A stretch of DNA of 64,000 nt from an uncultured Acidobacteriaceae bacterium (GTDB lineage Bacteria; Acidobacteriota; Terriglobia; Terriglobales; Acidobacteriaceae). Each line of letters opens with the position of its first letter. Position 1 is the first letter of the stretch. The position numbers and the translations under genes were made by a program. The notes under the pieces were generated by a model. That model ran no database searches. It saw only the letters and a list, made by a program, of their open reading frames with translations, and had not been told where the DNA came from. The stretch spans positions 7,229-71,228 of the forward strand of contig CAXTQE010000002.1 of the NCBI GenBank assembly GCA_964246225.1, read 5' to 3'. Below are positions 1 to 11,316 of the stretch, in pieces.

Positions 1-403
1 AACGATAAAGTTCTCGCCTTTGGCCTCTGTGCGACTTGCTACATGCTGAAACGGCAGGATGAAGAATACTTCGGTGGGCAAAGGGAACGGTGCTGACCCG
101 CGATGGCAACCGTGTGCCGTTCCTGGCTGCACCACGTTGAAGAGCGGGAAGCGGTCGATTGCAGTCCACCACCGCAAGCCGGGAAACAGCGACCCTAAGC
201 TGATGATTACTATTTGTCTTGCCTGTCCTGCCAAGGTGACGCGGACCCAATACTTCCAAAGAAAATGGCCCTCTCTGCTTCGGGTGCTATGGCGCGAGCA
301 GCACCCGCAGGCTCATGAGCAGACCACGCTCGATTTTGTAGAAAAGACGACCTTTGCGAGGCGCGTGGCCCCCTCTTTGGAGATAAGCCCTCAGTGCCTC
401 TGA
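1..403 (+). pseudogene. Zn-ribbon/HNH-like protein, frameshifted, 5' end outside window
   Basis: Frame 1 from base 1 reads NDKVLAFGLCATCYMLKRQDEEYFGGQRE. After frameshifts it continues VLTRDG..CAVPGC...IAVHHRKPG...LMITICLAC, the RDxxxCxxC/HH/CxxC layout of HNH proteins. A paralogous copy starts at 23071. Confidence 0.6.
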
Positions 404-540
404 GGCCTAAACAAAACAACGGCTGCAACCGCTAGCGAGGCTGCTATAGCCCATTTCACCCGAATAGATAACATTGACTTGAACCTACGCTCAGGCTGAG
501 GCAATGGATCCCCGAAGTCGCGGCGAGTATCAAACGCGCG

Positions 541-1295
541 CTAGTTTTGGGCTGTCCCACTGCGGAAAATGGCCGCACTTCGGGAACCCGTAGAGTTGTG
601 CGTCTGGAAACCTGGACATCGCCCGGCGGCTTGACGCGACAGATATACGTGGTCGTCTACGCCCCAACCGATCACGAAAGGAGCCCAGAACCGGGCCTTT
701 GGGGCTGCCGCGCTGCACCTCACCATAGGCCAAGTTTGGAGAAGCTCATCGAATGAAGGAGACGCTGCGAAGGACCGCCTCTCTGTCAGCGCGACGTCAG
801 AGGGAAGGGACCAGGGATGTGCAGAGAATGAGCAAACAGTGCGGTGCGACCCACTGGACTGCTCGTGATGGCGGGCATTATGGGCTGCAGCGCTCGCACG
901 AGCCGCACTGACGCTGCCACGGAGTAGTAAAGACGGGAATCTCCCAGCTTTCCCAGAACCTCCCGGATCCAGTGAAACAACAGCGCCGAGGACGCCGCCG
1001 CGCCGGACAAGCTCAAGAACAAGGCGCGCTCCCATCGAGCTTCCAACCGCATCTATGCCAAGGAGATCCTCCTCGTTCAAGAACTCCGTGACTGCATCGG
1101 CGAGCGTTGAAACGGATACGGGGCCGGATAGTGGCGGCGTTTAGCCATGTCCGGGAGGTTCAACGGCTACGAATTCACGGCCGCCCTTGGTGAGGCGGTC
1201 GATGACAAGCATCCCAGGATGCCCAACTTCCACCGATGCCATGTACGAGCAAGAGCGGTTTACCTGATCCGCAACGAACTGTATGAAACTTCAAC
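541..1295 (-). pseudogene. alpha/beta hydrolase, multiple frameshifts
   Basis: Pieces GKPLLLVHGIGGSW, DAVGSSMGARL (nucleophile elbow), IGWG..D and CGHFPQWD (catalytic His) lie in different frames. Confidence 0.75.
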
Positions 1296-1612
1296 TTTGG
1301 TGGATGCGCCATTGACCACATCTGCTTCCGGCTACGCGGAGGCAGTGCGTGGGGGGCATAGAAATCACCGGCTGCGACTTCAGACTAGACACTTCAGCTA
1401 CGTTAGGACTCTCAACCGCCTGATTCAGAATCAGCAGGGCAGCCTAACAAGCCTCAGTGCTCACTAGGGCTGCATCCAACAATCACGACAAGCACGACGG
1501 CCGTTCCAGCACGAGGAGTCGCTCCTGTTCGGGAAACCAGCGAGGCTTTGCATGATCCCTTTCACCCTACTCACCGTGCGGTACATTACCCGGACGATCG
1601 TAGATTTCGGGT

Positions 1613-2506
1613 ATGGATTCGTCCAGAGTGCTGCTTTTGCTGGCCATCGTGCTCGGCACTGACGATCTCAAGCCTGCCGGCATGGTCCTGGGGCTACTTG
1701 GGATTGCAGCCGTGATTCTGAGCTGGGTAGTCGCCCACTATATCTCCTGGTTCTTTCCGCGTGGATTGCAACACGTGCATAAAAGCCATTACGAGACCAG
1801 CCAAGCTGGTGATGCTGGACCGCCTCATTCCGCAGCAACACTACACACGTGACCACATTTCGCCTCACTTCTGGGCCAATGGCAAGATGCCGGAACGGGA
1901 AGACTGGAAGCAGCTTGCCAGCGACAACTTCAAAGGCTTTCGGGTGAAGGTGGGCGGCCTGGTGGAGAACTCGGTAGACCTGTCGCTTGAAGATCTGAAA
2001 GCGCTCGGAACGAAAGAGAACATCACTGAATCCAGGGCTGGTCCGGTATCGCTGAATGGGGAGGAATCTCGATGAAGCGGTTGATCGATCACGTCAGACC
2101 CTTCCCCCACGCCCGGGTCGTCGCGTTCTACTCTTTCGGAGACACACTCTATGGCGGCCCTTACTACGACACCAGGACATCTACAACGCAAGCAAGCCCG
2201 AGTGCGTGCTGGCCTTCGATATGTGTGGCGCGCCCCTGTCCGAGGTCTACGGGTGCGCCACTTCGCCTTCGTGTGGAGAACCAGCTTGGCTACAAGATGG
2301 TGAAGTGGATCGAAAGAATCGAGTTCGTGGAATCAGAGAAGCTGCTCGGACGGGGAGGCGACGCAAACGAAGATACTGAGTACTTCAACCTCCTGCCAAA
2401 CATCGGATGGCAACCCCAAAACAACTTGTCGTATCTGGAACATCCAGGGTGCATCCCGAGGACGATGCCTCCCACGTCACCCGGCTTCTGGAACGGCTGC
2501 GGTTGA
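1613..2506 (+). pseudogene. MsrP/YedY-like molybdopterin-dependent oxidoreductase (membrane-fused type), fragmented
   Basis: Successive frames give FWANGKMP, VKVGGLVENSVDLSLEDLK and GAPLRLRVENQLGYKMVKWIERIEFV (sulfite oxidase family motif). Confidence 0.8.
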
Positions 2507-3023
2507 AATGGCTGCTGCGCCACTTGCCCCACCGACTTGTCTGGGCGACCTATGTTTCTTTCATTGGTTTCTTGACCGTTGCAATCCTGGCGTTGCTGAG
2601 CGTCGTGACGAACAGTCCATTTGTTTTTCCTTCGCTCGGGCCCACCGCGTACCTGTTCTTCTTCACTCCTCTTTCGAATGCGTCAAGCCTAGGAAATACG
2701 ATTCTCGGTCATGGAATCGGTCTGGTCTGCGGCTTCGCGGCTTTCTTCCTCTGCATAAGCCCCCACATTCCCATGCTGGGAGCCAGTCAATCGAATGGCC
2801 TCGCATTCTGGCAGCAGCACTTTCGCTCTCAGCAATGGGAGGGCTGATGGTCCTGCTGAGGCTCTGTCACCCTCGGGCGGGCGCGACCACACTCATCGTG
2901 GCTTTGGGCATCCTGTCCAGGCCAAAGTACCTTGTGATCATTAAAGTCGCGGTTATCCTGCTTACCGGCCAAGCTTTCTTGATCAATCGTCTTGCAGGTT
3001 TGCCGTGTCCGGTCTGGCGTTAG
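2464..3023 (+). pseudogene. HPP family membrane protein, frameshifted
   Basis: FPSLGPTAYLFFFTP...NTILGH (ORF 2407) joins LCHPRAGATTLIVALG (ORF 2508), the HPPAGAT motif. Start approximate. Confidence 0.75.
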
Positions 3024-3162
3024 ATGGAACAGCCTGCCTCAGCTTAGATGCGAGCCGGATCACGCCGAATAGTTCTTCGAAGTGACACCATCTAGGAAGC
3101 AAAGGCCACCCATTCTGAATCAGACGGTGGGAAGGTTCGCTCTTGCGAGGGGGGAGGATCCA

Positions 3163-3825
3163 ATGTGTTTTTCAGCCGCTGCAAATTTTACGGGGAGTGC
3201 TGTCCTGGGCGTAATTGGGGTGGGCGACGCTGTCGGAAGTGAAGCATCGTCGGGAGATCCTCTTTGCTTCGTTTCCGCTCCTGTTCGCGCTCCACCAATT
3301 TACAGAAGGTTTGTGTGGCTTGGACTGGACGGCGTCTGCCCACCGCAGTGGCTCATGATGCCGGCGCGGCCTTTATGCTCTATGCACAAGCCTTATTGCC
3401 TGTACTGCTACCCCTGGGAGTGCTCCTGTTCGAGCCCACGGCGACGCGGCGACGCAGAATGCTTCCGTTTACTGTGTTGGGTTATCGTACTGGGGCTGTA
3501 TGTTTTGTGGGCTCTCGCAGCCTTCCCAACACACGTTTTCCTCGAGAAAAACAGTATTGTGTACATGAACCCAGCCACGCACCATGGAGTAGTTGCACTC
3601 CTTTACGTTGTTGCCACCTGCGGCTCGCTATTCTTTTCCAAGGTGAAGGACATGGTTGTGTTTGGAATTGCTAATCTGCTGATTCTGCTCACCACAATAG
3701 CAGTAAAAGAGTACGCCTTCACATCCATCTGGTGCGCGTATGCTGCCATCGCCAGTGTCATTATCTGGTTCGGCTTCCGCCATAGCAGCCGGGCAAGACC
3801 TTTTCAGTACAACGAAGCCAGCTAA
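3163..3825 (+). pseudogene. DUF6629-like membrane protein with internal frameshifts
   Basis: GGAGG RBS, then MCFSAAANFTGSAVLG. The middle part (AAFMLYAQALLPVLLPLGVLLFEP) is in another frame. C-terminal FTSIWCAYAA. Confidence 0.6.
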
Positions 3826-3863
3826 CTAAGGCAAGCCCCTGCTCCAAAGAACCCGCGGGCACC

Positions 3864-5240
3864 TTGCGGCAAGACCTGGATGCGAGTTTTGCCAGTCTCG
3901 CCAGAGCTTCTTGTGGTGTACGCCTTACGCTTTGCGCAACTGAGACAAGCGGTGTGGCTGATTTCCGCCACACCTTCTCGGCCAACACCCTGGCGACGTT
4001 CGAAGGCATGGTTCGCGATCATGGCAGCGGGCTCAACTCGAATCCGCAATCGACCCCTATCATTGCGAACCAGCAGAACCGTTTTCGCGAAGGATACTTT
4101 AAGACTACGGCGAGCCTTCATCGCGGAAGGCACGAGATCAAGGCGGGCGTCGAATCCGACAACACTTTTCTGAATGAAAGATTCAGCTACAGCATCACCG
4201 ACCCTACGCAGTTCGATGCCGACACCCCGGTCGACCTGTCTTTCAGTGCAGCTCGTCCGCAACTCGAACAAGCTGCTTTTATTGAGGATGTAATCAGTCT
4301 TGGACTCTGGACCATCGCGGCCGGTCTCCGCTGGGATCACTACCAGTTGCTGCTGAACCAGAAGGCGTTCAGTCCGCGCCTGTCGGTGGCAACGTCGTTT
4401 TCACGTTCTAAGACGGTTCTACACGCCTCCTATGATCGTATCTTTCAGACTCCATCTTTTGAAAACATCCTGATCTCAGGTTCACCGCAAATCGATGCAC
4501 TGAACACGCAGTTCCTGCGTCTTCCAGTGCAGCCGTCACGCGGAAACTACTTCGAAGGCGGTATCGTCCAGGCACTTGCGAACCGCGTTCGGCTGAGCGT
4601 CAACGTGTATCGACGTGGCGTACATAATTTCGCCGATGACAATCAGCTGCTGAATACCAGCGTGAGCTATCCAATTTCTTTTGAAAAGGCCGTGGTGTAT
4701 GGGGCAGAGGGCAAGCTCGATATCGTCCACCTGTCCCGCCTCACTGGCTTCGTGAGCTACTCCTATTCGGTGGGCGCTGCCTGGTATCCAGTCACGGGCG
4801 GACTGTTCCTTGGAGACGATGCAAGCGCAGCGGCCGGACAGACCGGAACTCACTTTCCGATCTCTCAGGACCAGCGCAACACCCTGCGGACGCGCTTTGG
4901 CTATCAGCTTACGCGGAGTCTGTGGTTTGCCTCGGGAGCAGAGTACGGATCGGGCCTACCGTTCGAGTTCACAGGAGACCAGGCTGATGCTCTTGCACAG
5001 TATGGATCGGATGTTGTCGGTCGCATAAATTTTCAGCGTGGGCGCGTTCGGCCGCAGCTGGCGGTGAGCGCGTCCGCAGGGCTTGATGTACACAATTCTG
5101 ACCGCCTGAAAATACGGCTGCAGGCCGATGGAATCAACCTCAACAATCGGCTGAACATAATTGATTTTAGCGGCCTCTCTTCCGGCAATGCCATCGGTCC
5201 TCAACGCAGTTACTCTCTGCGGTTTACAACCTGCTTCTAA
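3864..5240 (+). pseudogene. TonB-dependent receptor, C-terminal barrel only (5' truncated)
   Basis: Beta-barrel strands (AGLRWDHY, FSPRLSVA, SYSLRFTTCF with terminal F). No signal peptide or plug. Begins directly after the previous gene. Confidence 0.75.
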
Positions 5241-5337
5241 ATTATCAGGGGCGCGCTTGGGCGTGAGGCTCCGCTGCGCGAAGTACGGGAAGAACACATG
5301 CAGAACCCTTCCCGGTCGTCCTTTGTCAGCGGTTTCG

Positions 5338-5857
5338 CTACTTCTTGTGACCCACCAGGAACGTCAAGCCTGCCAATGCATTTAAGTTATTGGCTACATT
5401 CCCATGAGGCAATGTCATCACGTATTCAGCTGGGATTAGCTGTAACGAAACGTGCTGGTTAAGTTTGACCAGAACACCCCCGCCCAAAACAAAGGTGACG
5501 CGTTACTCACCACGCCTTCGAGCAATGTGCGGGAGTCACCAATTCCGTAAAGCCCAGGGGTGTCACACGTCCGATGGGATGCAGCTTGTACAGCGGACCG
5601 CCTGTAATACCGTTCACATGCTCGCTATTTTTATAAAAGCCATTAAAGCTTAAGAAGATATCGGAGTTCTTACTGACTGCAGCGCGGCAACCGCGTCAAA
5701 GCCGTGAAGGCTCGTGTAGCTACGATCTGCATCTTGGACATCAAGATACTCATACGCGCCTGTGATCGAGCCGTGGTGTTCTGGATCCGTTTGCGTAGGG
5801 CCTGCAACAGAGCTCAAACAAAAATAATGCGGAAGCGAATGGGACAAAGGGTCTCAT
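5338..5857 (-). pseudogene. small outer-membrane beta-barrel protein, frameshifted
   Basis: AGGAAGGAG RBS plus MRPFVPFASALF signal-like start. Then GSITGAYEYL..., FLSFNGFYK...GITGGPLYKL and ...GGGVLVKLNQHVSLQLIPAEYV...AGLTFLVGHKK* in changing frames. Confidence 0.55.
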
Positions 5858-5997
5858 GTGCTTCTCCTTCCTGCATGGCTGCAAACGAAAATGCGGGGCG
5901 CAGATGTTGGGGCTCCACATAGATAGGGGAGTATTCCGCCAGCGCTGAAGATGAGCTTCAGCCATCCCCCTGTTTCGACCCCTCAGCGGTGAAATAT

Positions 5998-6016
5998 GAG
6001 TTTTTCAACACCATCG
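5998..6016. mobile_element. orphan IS1182-family terminal inverted repeat
   Basis: GAGTTTTTCAACACCATCG. Its reverse complement matches CAATGCTGTTGAAAAACTC (32486-32504) at 17/19 positions. Confidence 0.65.
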
Positions 6017-6475
6017 AACGTTTGTGACCGCTTCTGCAACTCAGGCCATTCGTTGACGATTCTGAGCCGAAATGCGTTCTTTTCTCAAATCAGAAGCATA
6101 CTGTCCCGAATGGACGTTTGTGGTCGCGTGAGGCTTCGGCAGCAGCCATGCTTGCCTAGATAATAGCCGACAAACTCTGCGGTAGCGGTAAGCTGCATCC
6201 ATGGGCGTTGCGTGTTCATGCAAATCAGACTGTAAACGGTATCCATCAGGACGGAAAGACTGTTGATCGACTCGTAGCCTACATGCCGACTTTGACCTGC
6301 AACCCGCCCGCAGACGTGTTCGTCAGGGATGCCGCGCTCTACGAAGGATCGGCTGATGGGTAGCCGGCGTTCATGCCCGTCACGTCGGCAAGCCTCAGAT
6401 CCTGCGTTGGATCCTGTGTCTTTCGACCGAACTGACTCTTGCGTTCATCCGAGACCGTATCCTTTCATCATTGAT

Positions 6476-7339
6476 CTAAGCCGAACGCAGAAAAGCTAGG
6501 AGTGCTTGACTCACCTTTTCAGGCCGTTCTTCATGTGGAAGGTGACCGCATTGCTTTAGAGAAACGAATTCTGGGTTCTTAGCCATGCCCTGCCAGATTG
6601 CGCGGAAGTCCCACATTTTTCCCCCTGACTCAAAGTCCTCACCCCATAAAACAAGGGTGGGTGCTTCGATCAGAACGTCCTTGTCGACTTCATCCTGGGC
6701 CACATCTTCCTGCGCTGCTCTGTAGTCGTTGAATGCGCCTTTAAGGGCTCCCGCCTCGCTGTAGGCCGTGACGTAGGTTTGTATCTCCTCCGGGCTGAAA
6801 AGCTCAGGGTTGTAGCACCAGCTTGAAAAGATGTAGCGAAGCCAGATCTCTTCCCGTCCCGTGATGAGCGCTTCTGGCAGATCGAGGACACTGTTGAACA
6901 GGAAGAACCAATGCCCGCGGGCAACAGTGGCGTTCATGCTGTCGAAAATAACGCGCGTCGGAATATTGTCCATGACGACCAGCTTCTGAACCAGGTCGGG
7001 ATGGTCTTTGGCCAGACGTGTCGCTACGCGGGCGCCACGATCATGGCCTACGATGAAGGCTTTTACAATCCCGAGGGACTTCATGAGAGCGACAATGTCC
7101 TGGGCCATAGTTCGCTTGTCGTAGCCGGCCGCAGGCTTGCTGGTAGCTCCATAGCCACGCAGGTCAGGGACTATGACGCGATAGCGCTTTGCCAAAACTG
7201 GAATCTGGTGACGCCAGGCAAACCAGGTTTCAGGGAAACCATGCAGGAGGATCACAGGTGGACCCTCACCAGCTTCCACGTAATGCATGCGGATGCCGTT
7301 GAGATTGATGGTGTGGTGTTGTGGTGGGTGTTCTGACAT
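6476..7339 (-). CDS. alpha/beta hydrolase, epoxide hydrolase/fluoroacetate dehalogenase clade
   Basis: Intact 287 aa with LLHGFP, GHDRGARV (Asp nucleophile) and CGHLPHEE. Confidence 0.9.
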   Translation of the reverse strand: MSEHPPQHHTINLNGIRMHYVEAGEGPPVILLHGFPETWFAWRHQIPVLAKRYRVIVPDLRGYGATSKPAAGYDKRTMAQDIVALMKSLGIVKAFIVGHDRGARVATRLAKDHPDLVQKLVVMDNIPTRVIFDSMNATVARGHWFFLFNSVLDLPEALITGREEIWLRYIFSSWCYNPELFSPEEIQTYVTAYSEAGALKGAFNDYRAAQEDVAQDEVDKDVLIEAPTLVLWGEDFESGGKMWDFRAIWQGMAKNPEFVSLKQCGHLPHEERPEKVSQALLAFLRSA

Positions 7340-7461
7340 TATTTATCCTACAAAGGGTGCATGAAAGAGATTGGCTTGCGTTTGAAAGAAGCAATGAGAT
7401 TACCTTGTTGGTATCCGACGCAATGCTCTGAACTCAACGCCTCATTGATGGATCACGTGGA

Positions 7462-9696
7462 TCAGATCAGCTTATCCAGGGTGATGGGAAGATCTCTCAC
7501 GCGCCTGCCAGTAGCGTTGTAGATCGCATTGCCGATAGCAGCTGCGACTCCCACCAAGCCGATTTCACCCAAGCCTTTGGCGCCGATAGGATTTACTATG
7601 TCGTCATCTTCTTTTACGAAGATGACTTCAATGTCATGCACATCCGCGCAGACGGGCACGTGGTATTCCGCCAAATTGTGGTTCATGATGCGACCGAGCT
7701 GATGATCAGTCTCGCTTTGCTCCTGAAGCGCCATGCCGATACCCCAAACGACGCCGCCGATGATTTGGTTGCGAGCCGCTTCATGGTTGATAATGCGACC
7801 TCCGGCAATGGCGCTTACGACGCGGCACACCGACACAGTTCCGAAATCTTCATCCACCTCGACTTCGGCAAATACCGCAGAGTGGGTGTAGCTCTTATAG
7901 CCATGCTGCTTGAGCAGGTTCGGTCCACTCTTGGTTTTTTCTTCGATGGGCTCTCCATCGCCAGCCGCCAGCGCAGCTTGCAGCGTAACGAACGACGAAG
8001 GATCAGCGATGAGGGAAATTCGCTCGTTGACGAATTCCACCTCTTTGAACGACGCATGCTTCAGCGGGGAATTGTCTAGCCCGGCAGCCAGGTTGAAGAT
8101 CTTCTCTGCGACGGCTCTGCATGCTCCTGTAACAGCCGTGCCTACCGAAGCGATTGTCCACGATCCACCTTCGAGCGGCGCAACAGGAAGCTCCGTATCC
8201 CCCAGCTTGACGATCACGCGATTCAACGGCAGTCCAAGTGCCTCACCGGCGAGGATGGCCATCGCCGTGTACGTGCCGGTACCGATGTCCGCCGTTCCAC
8301 TTGCAACGGTGAGCGTCCCATCCGGTGCAAGCGTAGCCTTTGCGGCGGCCGGCATCTGCGGTGCTTCCCAGACGCCCCCCGCCATACCGCGTCCGACAAG
8401 CGAGGTTCCTCGTCGTTCGGTTCTCGGAGTCGACTTGCGCTCACTCCAACGAAAACGTTCCGCGGCCTGTTGGTAGCAGGCTTTTAGTTCTTTGCTTGAG
8501 TATTTCTTGTCGTGGTTCTGGTCCTTCTCTGCATAGTTCTGCAGGCGTAGCTCCACTGGATCGCGCCCTGTGGCCACGGCCAGTTCATCCATCGCTGTCT
8601 CAATCGCCCACACACCCTGCGCCGCGCCGGGAGCACGCATGTCACCGGGTGTGGCGGTGTCCATTGCCACGGTCTTTTCTTCCATGGTCACGTTGTCGCA
8701 GTGGTAGCTGAGACCACTCCAGTTAGCGATGACTTCGAAGTAGTTCTCATAGCGAGACGTGGCCTGCATCGTTTCATTGTGCAGGGATTGCAGGTCGCCG
8801 TTCGTATTGGCTCCGATCCGGATCTCCTGGAGCGTCTCCGGGCGATGAGCCAATGTAAACATCTGATCGCGAGTCAACGTCAGGCGCACGGACCGCTTCA
8901 GGGCTTTCGCGGCTAATGTTGCGAGGTAAAGCTGGTACTGCGGCCGAAGGGCCGAGCCGAACGCGCCTCCAACAAACGGTGACTCCACACGCACATCGCT
9001 CTTGGAGAACCCGAAGATGTTGGTCACGTACAGCTGGCTGTTCGACACGCTTTGCGTCTTGTCGTAAATGGTGAGTGTGTCATCGGGGTTATAGACCACT
9101 GTGGTGGCGAACAGTTCCATGGGATTATGGGTTTCGGTCGGAGAGTGGTAGGTCTTGTCGAGCTTGACGGCAGCGGTCGCATAGGCTTGAGCGGAGTTAC
9201 CGCGAGGCTTCGGCGGAGGCTCAATACCGGCCCGGTTTGACTTCTCGACCCTCTTCGCCTCCTGAACCGCCATGGTCATGTCGGTCTGGTGGGTGAGTGC
9301 CTTATACTCCACACTTACTAAGCGTGCCATATACCGCGCTGCCTCAAAGCTTTCGGCAACGGCGAGCGCGATAGGCTGGCCACTGTGATGAATGCTGGCA
9401 TCGTACAGCGGGCGCAACGGCTTGCCGTCCGTGGGCGCGTCTTCGTCGAGATACGACTTATCAAACCAGGCTAAATGCGGCCTGTTCTCGTGAGTGAAGA
9501 CCTCGACAGCTCCCGGCACCTTCATCGCTTTATGGGTGTCAATGCTCGCGATTTCGCCATGCGCAATAGCTCCTGAGACCACCACGGCGTAAAGCATGTC
9601 CGGGGCAAAGAACTCTCCCGCGTACCTGGCTACGCCGGAAACTTTTGCGGGTCCGTCAATTCGGTTGACATCAGTTCCAATTAGATGTGTGTTCAT
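7462..9696 (-). CDS. paoC: xanthine dehydrogenase family Mo-binding subunit (PaoC/YagR-like)
   Basis: 744 aa with [35 protein letters not shown] and GAKGLGEIG. Confidence 0.92.
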   Translation of the reverse strand: MNTHLIGTDVNRIDGPAKVSGVARYAGEFFAPDMLYAVVVSGAIAHGEIASIDTHKAMKVPGAVEVFTHENRPHLAWFDKSYLDEDAPTDGKPLRPLYDASIHHSGQPIALAVAESFEAARYMARLVSVEYKALTHQTDMTMAVQEAKRVEKSNRAGIEPPPKPRGNSAQAYATAAVKLDKTYHSPTETHNPMELFATTVVYNPDDTLTIYDKTQSVSNSQLYVTNIFGFSKSDVRVESPFVGGAFGSALRPQYQLYLATLAAKALKRSVRLTLTRDQMFTLAHRPETLQEIRIGANTNGDLQSLHNETMQATSRYENYFEVIANWSGLSYHCDNVTMEEKTVAMDTATPGDMRAPGAAQGVWAIETAMDELAVATGRDPVELRLQNYAEKDQNHDKKYSSKELKACYQQAAERFRWSERKSTPRTERRGTSLVGRGMAGGVWEAPQMPAAAKATLAPDGTLTVASGTADIGTGTYTAMAILAGEALGLPLNRVIVKLGDTELPVAPLEGGSWTIASVGTAVTGACRAVAEKIFNLAAGLDNSPLKHASFKEVEFVNERISLIADPSSFVTLQAALAAGDGEPIEEKTKSGPNLLKQHGYKSYTHSAVFAEVEVDEDFGTVSVCRVVSAIAGGRIINHEAARNQIIGGVVWGIGMALQEQSETDHQLGRIMNHNLAEYHVPVCADVHDIEVIFVKEDDDIVNPIGAKGLGEIGLVGVAAAIGNAIYNATGRRVRDLPITLDKLI

Positions 9697-10691
9697 GCTT
9701 GATCTCCTTCGTGGGCGGCCTGCTCCAACGCGCGAACAACTGTGACAGGTGCCAGCTTAAGTTTGAAGTCATTTTCACCGTACCCCTGGGCTCCCGCGAG
9801 CAACGCCGATTGGAAGGCATGCCAGGTGTCGCGATTCGCAGGCCTACCGACGAGCAATTCCTGCTCAAGCTGAGCGTTGCGCCACGGCTTGTGTGCCACT
9901 CCGCCCATAGCCACGCCGGCCTTGGTAATGAGGCCATTTACGACTTCCAGACCGGCCGCAACGGAGATGAGTGCGAATGCGTAGGACTGTCGATCGCGCA
10001 CCTTGATGTACGCAGAGTTCTGCGCGAAACCGGTTGCAGGAAGATCGACCGCAGTTATGATTTCGTCCTTTGCAAGGGTCGAGTCGATTTCCGGATGATC
10101 ACCAGGCAAACGATGGAAGTCAGCAAACAGAATGCTGCGATCGCCTGCCGGACCGGTCACCTGAACAACGGCCCCGAGCGCGGCCATGGCAACACACATG
10201 TCGGAAGGATGCGTAGCGATGCACTCTACACTGGTTCCAAGAATGGCAAGGCTCCGGTTGATTCCTTCCTTCGCCGGGCATCCCGTCCCAGGCTCGCGCT
10301 TGTTGCAGGGAACTGCGGTGTCATAGAAATACACGCAACGTGTTCGCTGCAGCAGATTGCCGCCGGTTGTCGCCTTGTTTCGCAGTTGCGCGCTGGCACC
10401 AGCTAGAATGGCACGCGACAGCAGGGGATAGCGCAATGAGACTACAGGGCTGTAGGCTGCATCGCTGTTCGTTACAAGTGCACCAATTCTTACGCCTCCG
10501 TCCGGTAGCTCCGTAATGGCGCGCAGCTTCAGCCGGTTCAGGTCTACGAGGGCAGTCGGGCGTTCGACTGCATACTTCATCAGGTCGACGAGATTCGTGC
10601 CACCCCCAATGAACTTCGCTTGGCCATGGCTAGCAACGAACTGAGCGGCTCCGCTTAAATCGTCTGCGCGGACGTATTCGAAGTTGTTCAT
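9693..10691 (-). CDS. paoB: FAD-binding subunit (PaoB/YagS-like)
   Basis: [33 protein letters not shown] and [10 protein letters not shown] (4Fe-4S insert). Overlaps neighbours by ATGA. Confidence 0.92.
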   Translation of the reverse strand: MNNFEYVRADDLSGAAQFVASHGQAKFIGGGTNLVDLMKYAVERPTALVDLNRLKLRAITELPDGGVRIGALVTNSDAAYSPVVSLRYPLLSRAILAGASAQLRNKATTGGNLLQRTRCVYFYDTAVPCNKREPGTGCPAKEGINRSLAILGTSVECIATHPSDMCVAMAALGAVVQVTGPAGDRSILFADFHRLPGDHPEIDSTLAKDEIITAVDLPATGFAQNSAYIKVRDRQSYAFALISVAAGLEVVNGLITKAGVAMGGVAHKPWRNAQLEQELLVGRPANRDTWHAFQSALLAGAQGYGENDFKLKLAPVTVVRALEQAAHEGDQA

Positions 10692-11212
10692 TGTGCACCT
10701 TCGATAGTCGATCCCGTGGTGTCCATGACGTGCTTCACAGCAGCAACGATGTTAGGGTAGGCACCGCAGCGACAGATGTTGCCGCTCAGTTGCTCGCGAA
10801 TGTCTGCCTCTGTCTTGGCATGCCCCTCACGCAGCATTCCAACGGCGGAGCAGATCTGTCCAGGCGTGCAGTAGCCGCATTGGTAGCCGTCACGATCCAC
10901 AAAGGCCTGCTGCATGAGTGACAAATTGCTCTCACTCCCCAGCCCTTCGATCGTAGTGACTTCTGCACCGTCGTGCATCACCGCGAGACAAAGACAACTG
11001 TTAACCCGCAGACCGTCAAGCAGCACCGTACACGCGCCACACTGGCCGTGGTCGCAGCCCTTCTTACTTCCTGTAAGGTGCAGTTCCTCACGGAGCAGGT
11101 CGAGCAGGGATGTCCATGGCTCGACGGGGAGAGCATAGGCCTGTCCATTGACCTAGAGTTCTGTGGAAACTGCGAACGCGGAATGTGGTATCAGCGCCTG
11201 TTGTCGAGCCAT
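10688..11212 (-). pseudogene. paoA: 2Fe-2S subunit (PaoA/YagT-like) with an in-frame TAG at codon 20
   Basis: RBS plus ATG at 11212. Reads MARQQAL...STEL*VNGQAYALPVEPWTSLLDLLREELHLTGSKKGCDHGQCGACTV...QCGYCTPGQ...NICRC. TAG at 11153-11155. The tracked ORF starts after the first Cys cluster. Confidence 0.85.
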
Positions 11213-11316
11213 TACTTCCTCTTTTCCAACTACTTGAGTAGCATCAACTTCAAAAAGTATGCCAGACGCATACCTATACTTCTGGCCTGCATACGGCAGA
11301 TTGCCTGCGCCCGATC

